This document shows positions 62,213 through 64,000 of a stretch of 64,000 nt of DNA, piece by piece. Source of the DNA: Callorhinchus milii (lineage: Eukaryota). The position numbers and the translations under genes are program-made. Below the pieces are notes generated by a model that was given only the letters and a program-made list of their open reading frames with translations, made no database searches and was not told where the DNA came from. The first letter of the stretch is position 1. Each line of letters starts with the position of its first letter. Location of the stretch: positions 79,114,001 to 79,178,000 of the forward strand of contig NW_024704743.1 in the NCBI RefSeq assembly GCF_018977255.1, given 5' to 3'.

Positions 62213-63091
62213 CTACAGAAAACAAGGAAGAAAGACTAGGAACATTTGACTCTTAAAGTTTACTTTCGCTTATTGCTCTTTGAATCATTTTTGCAGACAC
62301 AAGTCATTAGAACATGTATAATGTATCAAGTAAATACGCTAAATCCATCTAACTTAAATTCTTTGGAGTTGGATTGTTCTCGATCAAGCTGATCCTAAGC
62401 AATCATTTCTATTGATTAAATGGAAACTCTAGCCCCTTTTGTCTGTTTTGTGACAGTGATATCACTGGAGAAGCCTGGGTGAAATATGAGCATATTTTAT
62501 TAAAGGTACAACATTTTATATAATTATTCTGGGGAATACTTGAACAGAGTATTCTTCTGTACATTTGACTCTTTTAAGAGTGTTGAGGCTGATTAGGCTA
62601 GTTGATTCAACAGTAAAACTCGCCTAAATCTTATCTTTCTGAATCGTATAATCGCCTAAGTCGAGAACCTGGGACCCATTCAGTTTCCTATCAAAACCAC
62701 TTATATTTCTTTGCACTAGTCATATTTCATGAACAAGCCATCTCCTAACTTGTACCGCCACTCCTCTATCCTCCACTGCTGCTGGGCTTACCAGCTGCAT
62801 TGAATCATTGGAAATGACACTCTGACCCGACGGTGCATTCACCCTTACCGGCTGGCTACATTGATTCGCAGGAAATTTAGTCTTGACCCATCGCCGCATC
62901 CATACTTAACAACTGCAATGCCTAAGTACCACATGTGAACTTACTGTCATGGATTGAATCAAGCATGCGCAGTGTAGAGTATTGATTAAATCAGATTTTA
63001 TACGACATATACAGTTGCCTGTAACTTGGACTTAACGTAAATCTTATTAAATGTTATGGTGCCAACTGATATGACTTTTATTATATTATAG

Positions 63092-63443
63092 CCCATGTTG
63101 GGACTTGGAATCCGTAAACTCAATGCTGACACTACAGTGCAGTACCGTAGTTGTGCGTCATTTTTGGAGGTGCCATCCTTTAGATGTTAAACCAAGGTCC
63201 CTTCTGCCTGTTCAGGTGGACGTTAAAGATGCCATGGCACTATTTGAAATGAGAATGGAGTTTCTCCTGGTAACCTGACCAATGATACCCCAAATAAAAT
63301 TGGTCTTTTGTTCCATGGCTGTTTGTGTGCTATCTATGTCTAATATTGGCTCACAGTCACACCACTTTTGTAATATATCCTGTGAACTGTATTGAGGCAT
63401 CTTGACAATGTGGTAAGGCACAAATTATGCAAGGATTATTATA
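63092..63443 (+). mobile_element. SacSINE1-like Deu SINE
   Basis: GCTGACACTACAGTGCAGTAC…GGAGGTGCCATCC…GTTCAGGTGGACGTTAAAGATGCCATGGCACTATTTGAA…GCAAGGATTATTAT. Confidence 0.88.
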
Positions 63444-63609
63444 TTTTGAGGGCTTTGCAGGCCTGTTTAAAATTGTACTGTATTTTATGACTTCTTTGAA
63501 AACATTGTGCATTCACTTGAAACTTCTTATGAATATTTTATATCTATTAAGATGTTTATACTAATTAATGGGATTCACCTAGGCCTTCTACTTTTATCAT
63601 TGTCATCCT

Positions 63610-63957
63610 CAAAAACTCCCAGGTCAGGTTGCCTATCAGACATAGTTGACTCTTCTCCAACAAAGTATGTTGACCCCCTCTCAGAAAAGCATTTCCAGCT
63701 GCACCAGTGTGAAAATATCTGCTCTCATATCTGCTGTCCTTCAGTCTTTCTTCATGAGAGTTTGCTTAGTATAAAATTATGGACACTCTTGTGCTATGGG
63801 CCTGTGACTCCTAAAACTAAAACTAGGTTAAGACTGTTTGAACTTATTTTACCAGACCCTTGCTCCTGGCAGAAAGAGGAGACTTTCATCCTATTAGTCT
63901 GGACTGGATTTGAACCTGAGACCCAGACGAGACAGGACTGTGAGCTTAATCCATGAC
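63610..63957 (-). mobile_element. Second LF-SINE-like relic
   Basis: Reverse complement CAGGTTCAAATCCAGTCCAGACTAATAGGATGAAAGTCTCCTC…GACCTGGGAGT shares B-box context and the CCTGGGAG 3' motif with 4890-5262. Confidence 0.55.
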
Positions 63958-64000
63958 TTTACTCCATCCCCCACCATTTGAGTACAGAAACTTTGATATC

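Noticed and set aside
48353..64000. Next ASAP1 exon (ALDQDRTALQKVKKSVK…)
   Set aside because: I could not find this peptide after an AG by eye; it probably lies beyond the window. A tblastn would settle it.

Overview
This is repeat-rich, AT-rich vertebrate genomic DNA, not prokaryotic. The repeat repertoire (tRNA-Ala-headed SINE with an L2 tail, SacSINE1/Deu-domain SINEs, shark-type CR1 and L2 LINEs, LF-SINE-like relics) points to a cartilaginous fish, probably a chimaera; this taxon call is an inference. The only protein-coding gene I can support is the 5' end of ASAP1 (ArfGAP with SH3, ankyrin repeat and PH domain 1) on the + strand. Coding exon 36221-36279 (MRSSSSRISTFSSRDSLWN-R, too short for the ORF track) splices in phase to exon 48226-48352 (MPDQISVPEFIAETTEDYNSPTTSSFTTKLVNCRNTVTLLEE). 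A candidate non-coding first exon ends at 35471, and a CpG-island promoter sits just upstream of the second coding exon. I did not find the next ASAP1 exon, so 48353-64000 is probably intron. Almost all other ORFs in the track are LINE/SINE debris or chance. I found no convincing new protein-coding system. The most interesting signals are a dual-promoter/uORF architecture of ASAP1, three retroposon insertions into the same SINE-tail motif, SINE tails that track the L2 partner, an unnamed palindromic MITE family with an inverted composite copy, and LF-SINE-like relics. Repeat family names come from my recollection of consensus sequences rather than a database search, and repeat boundaries are approximate.
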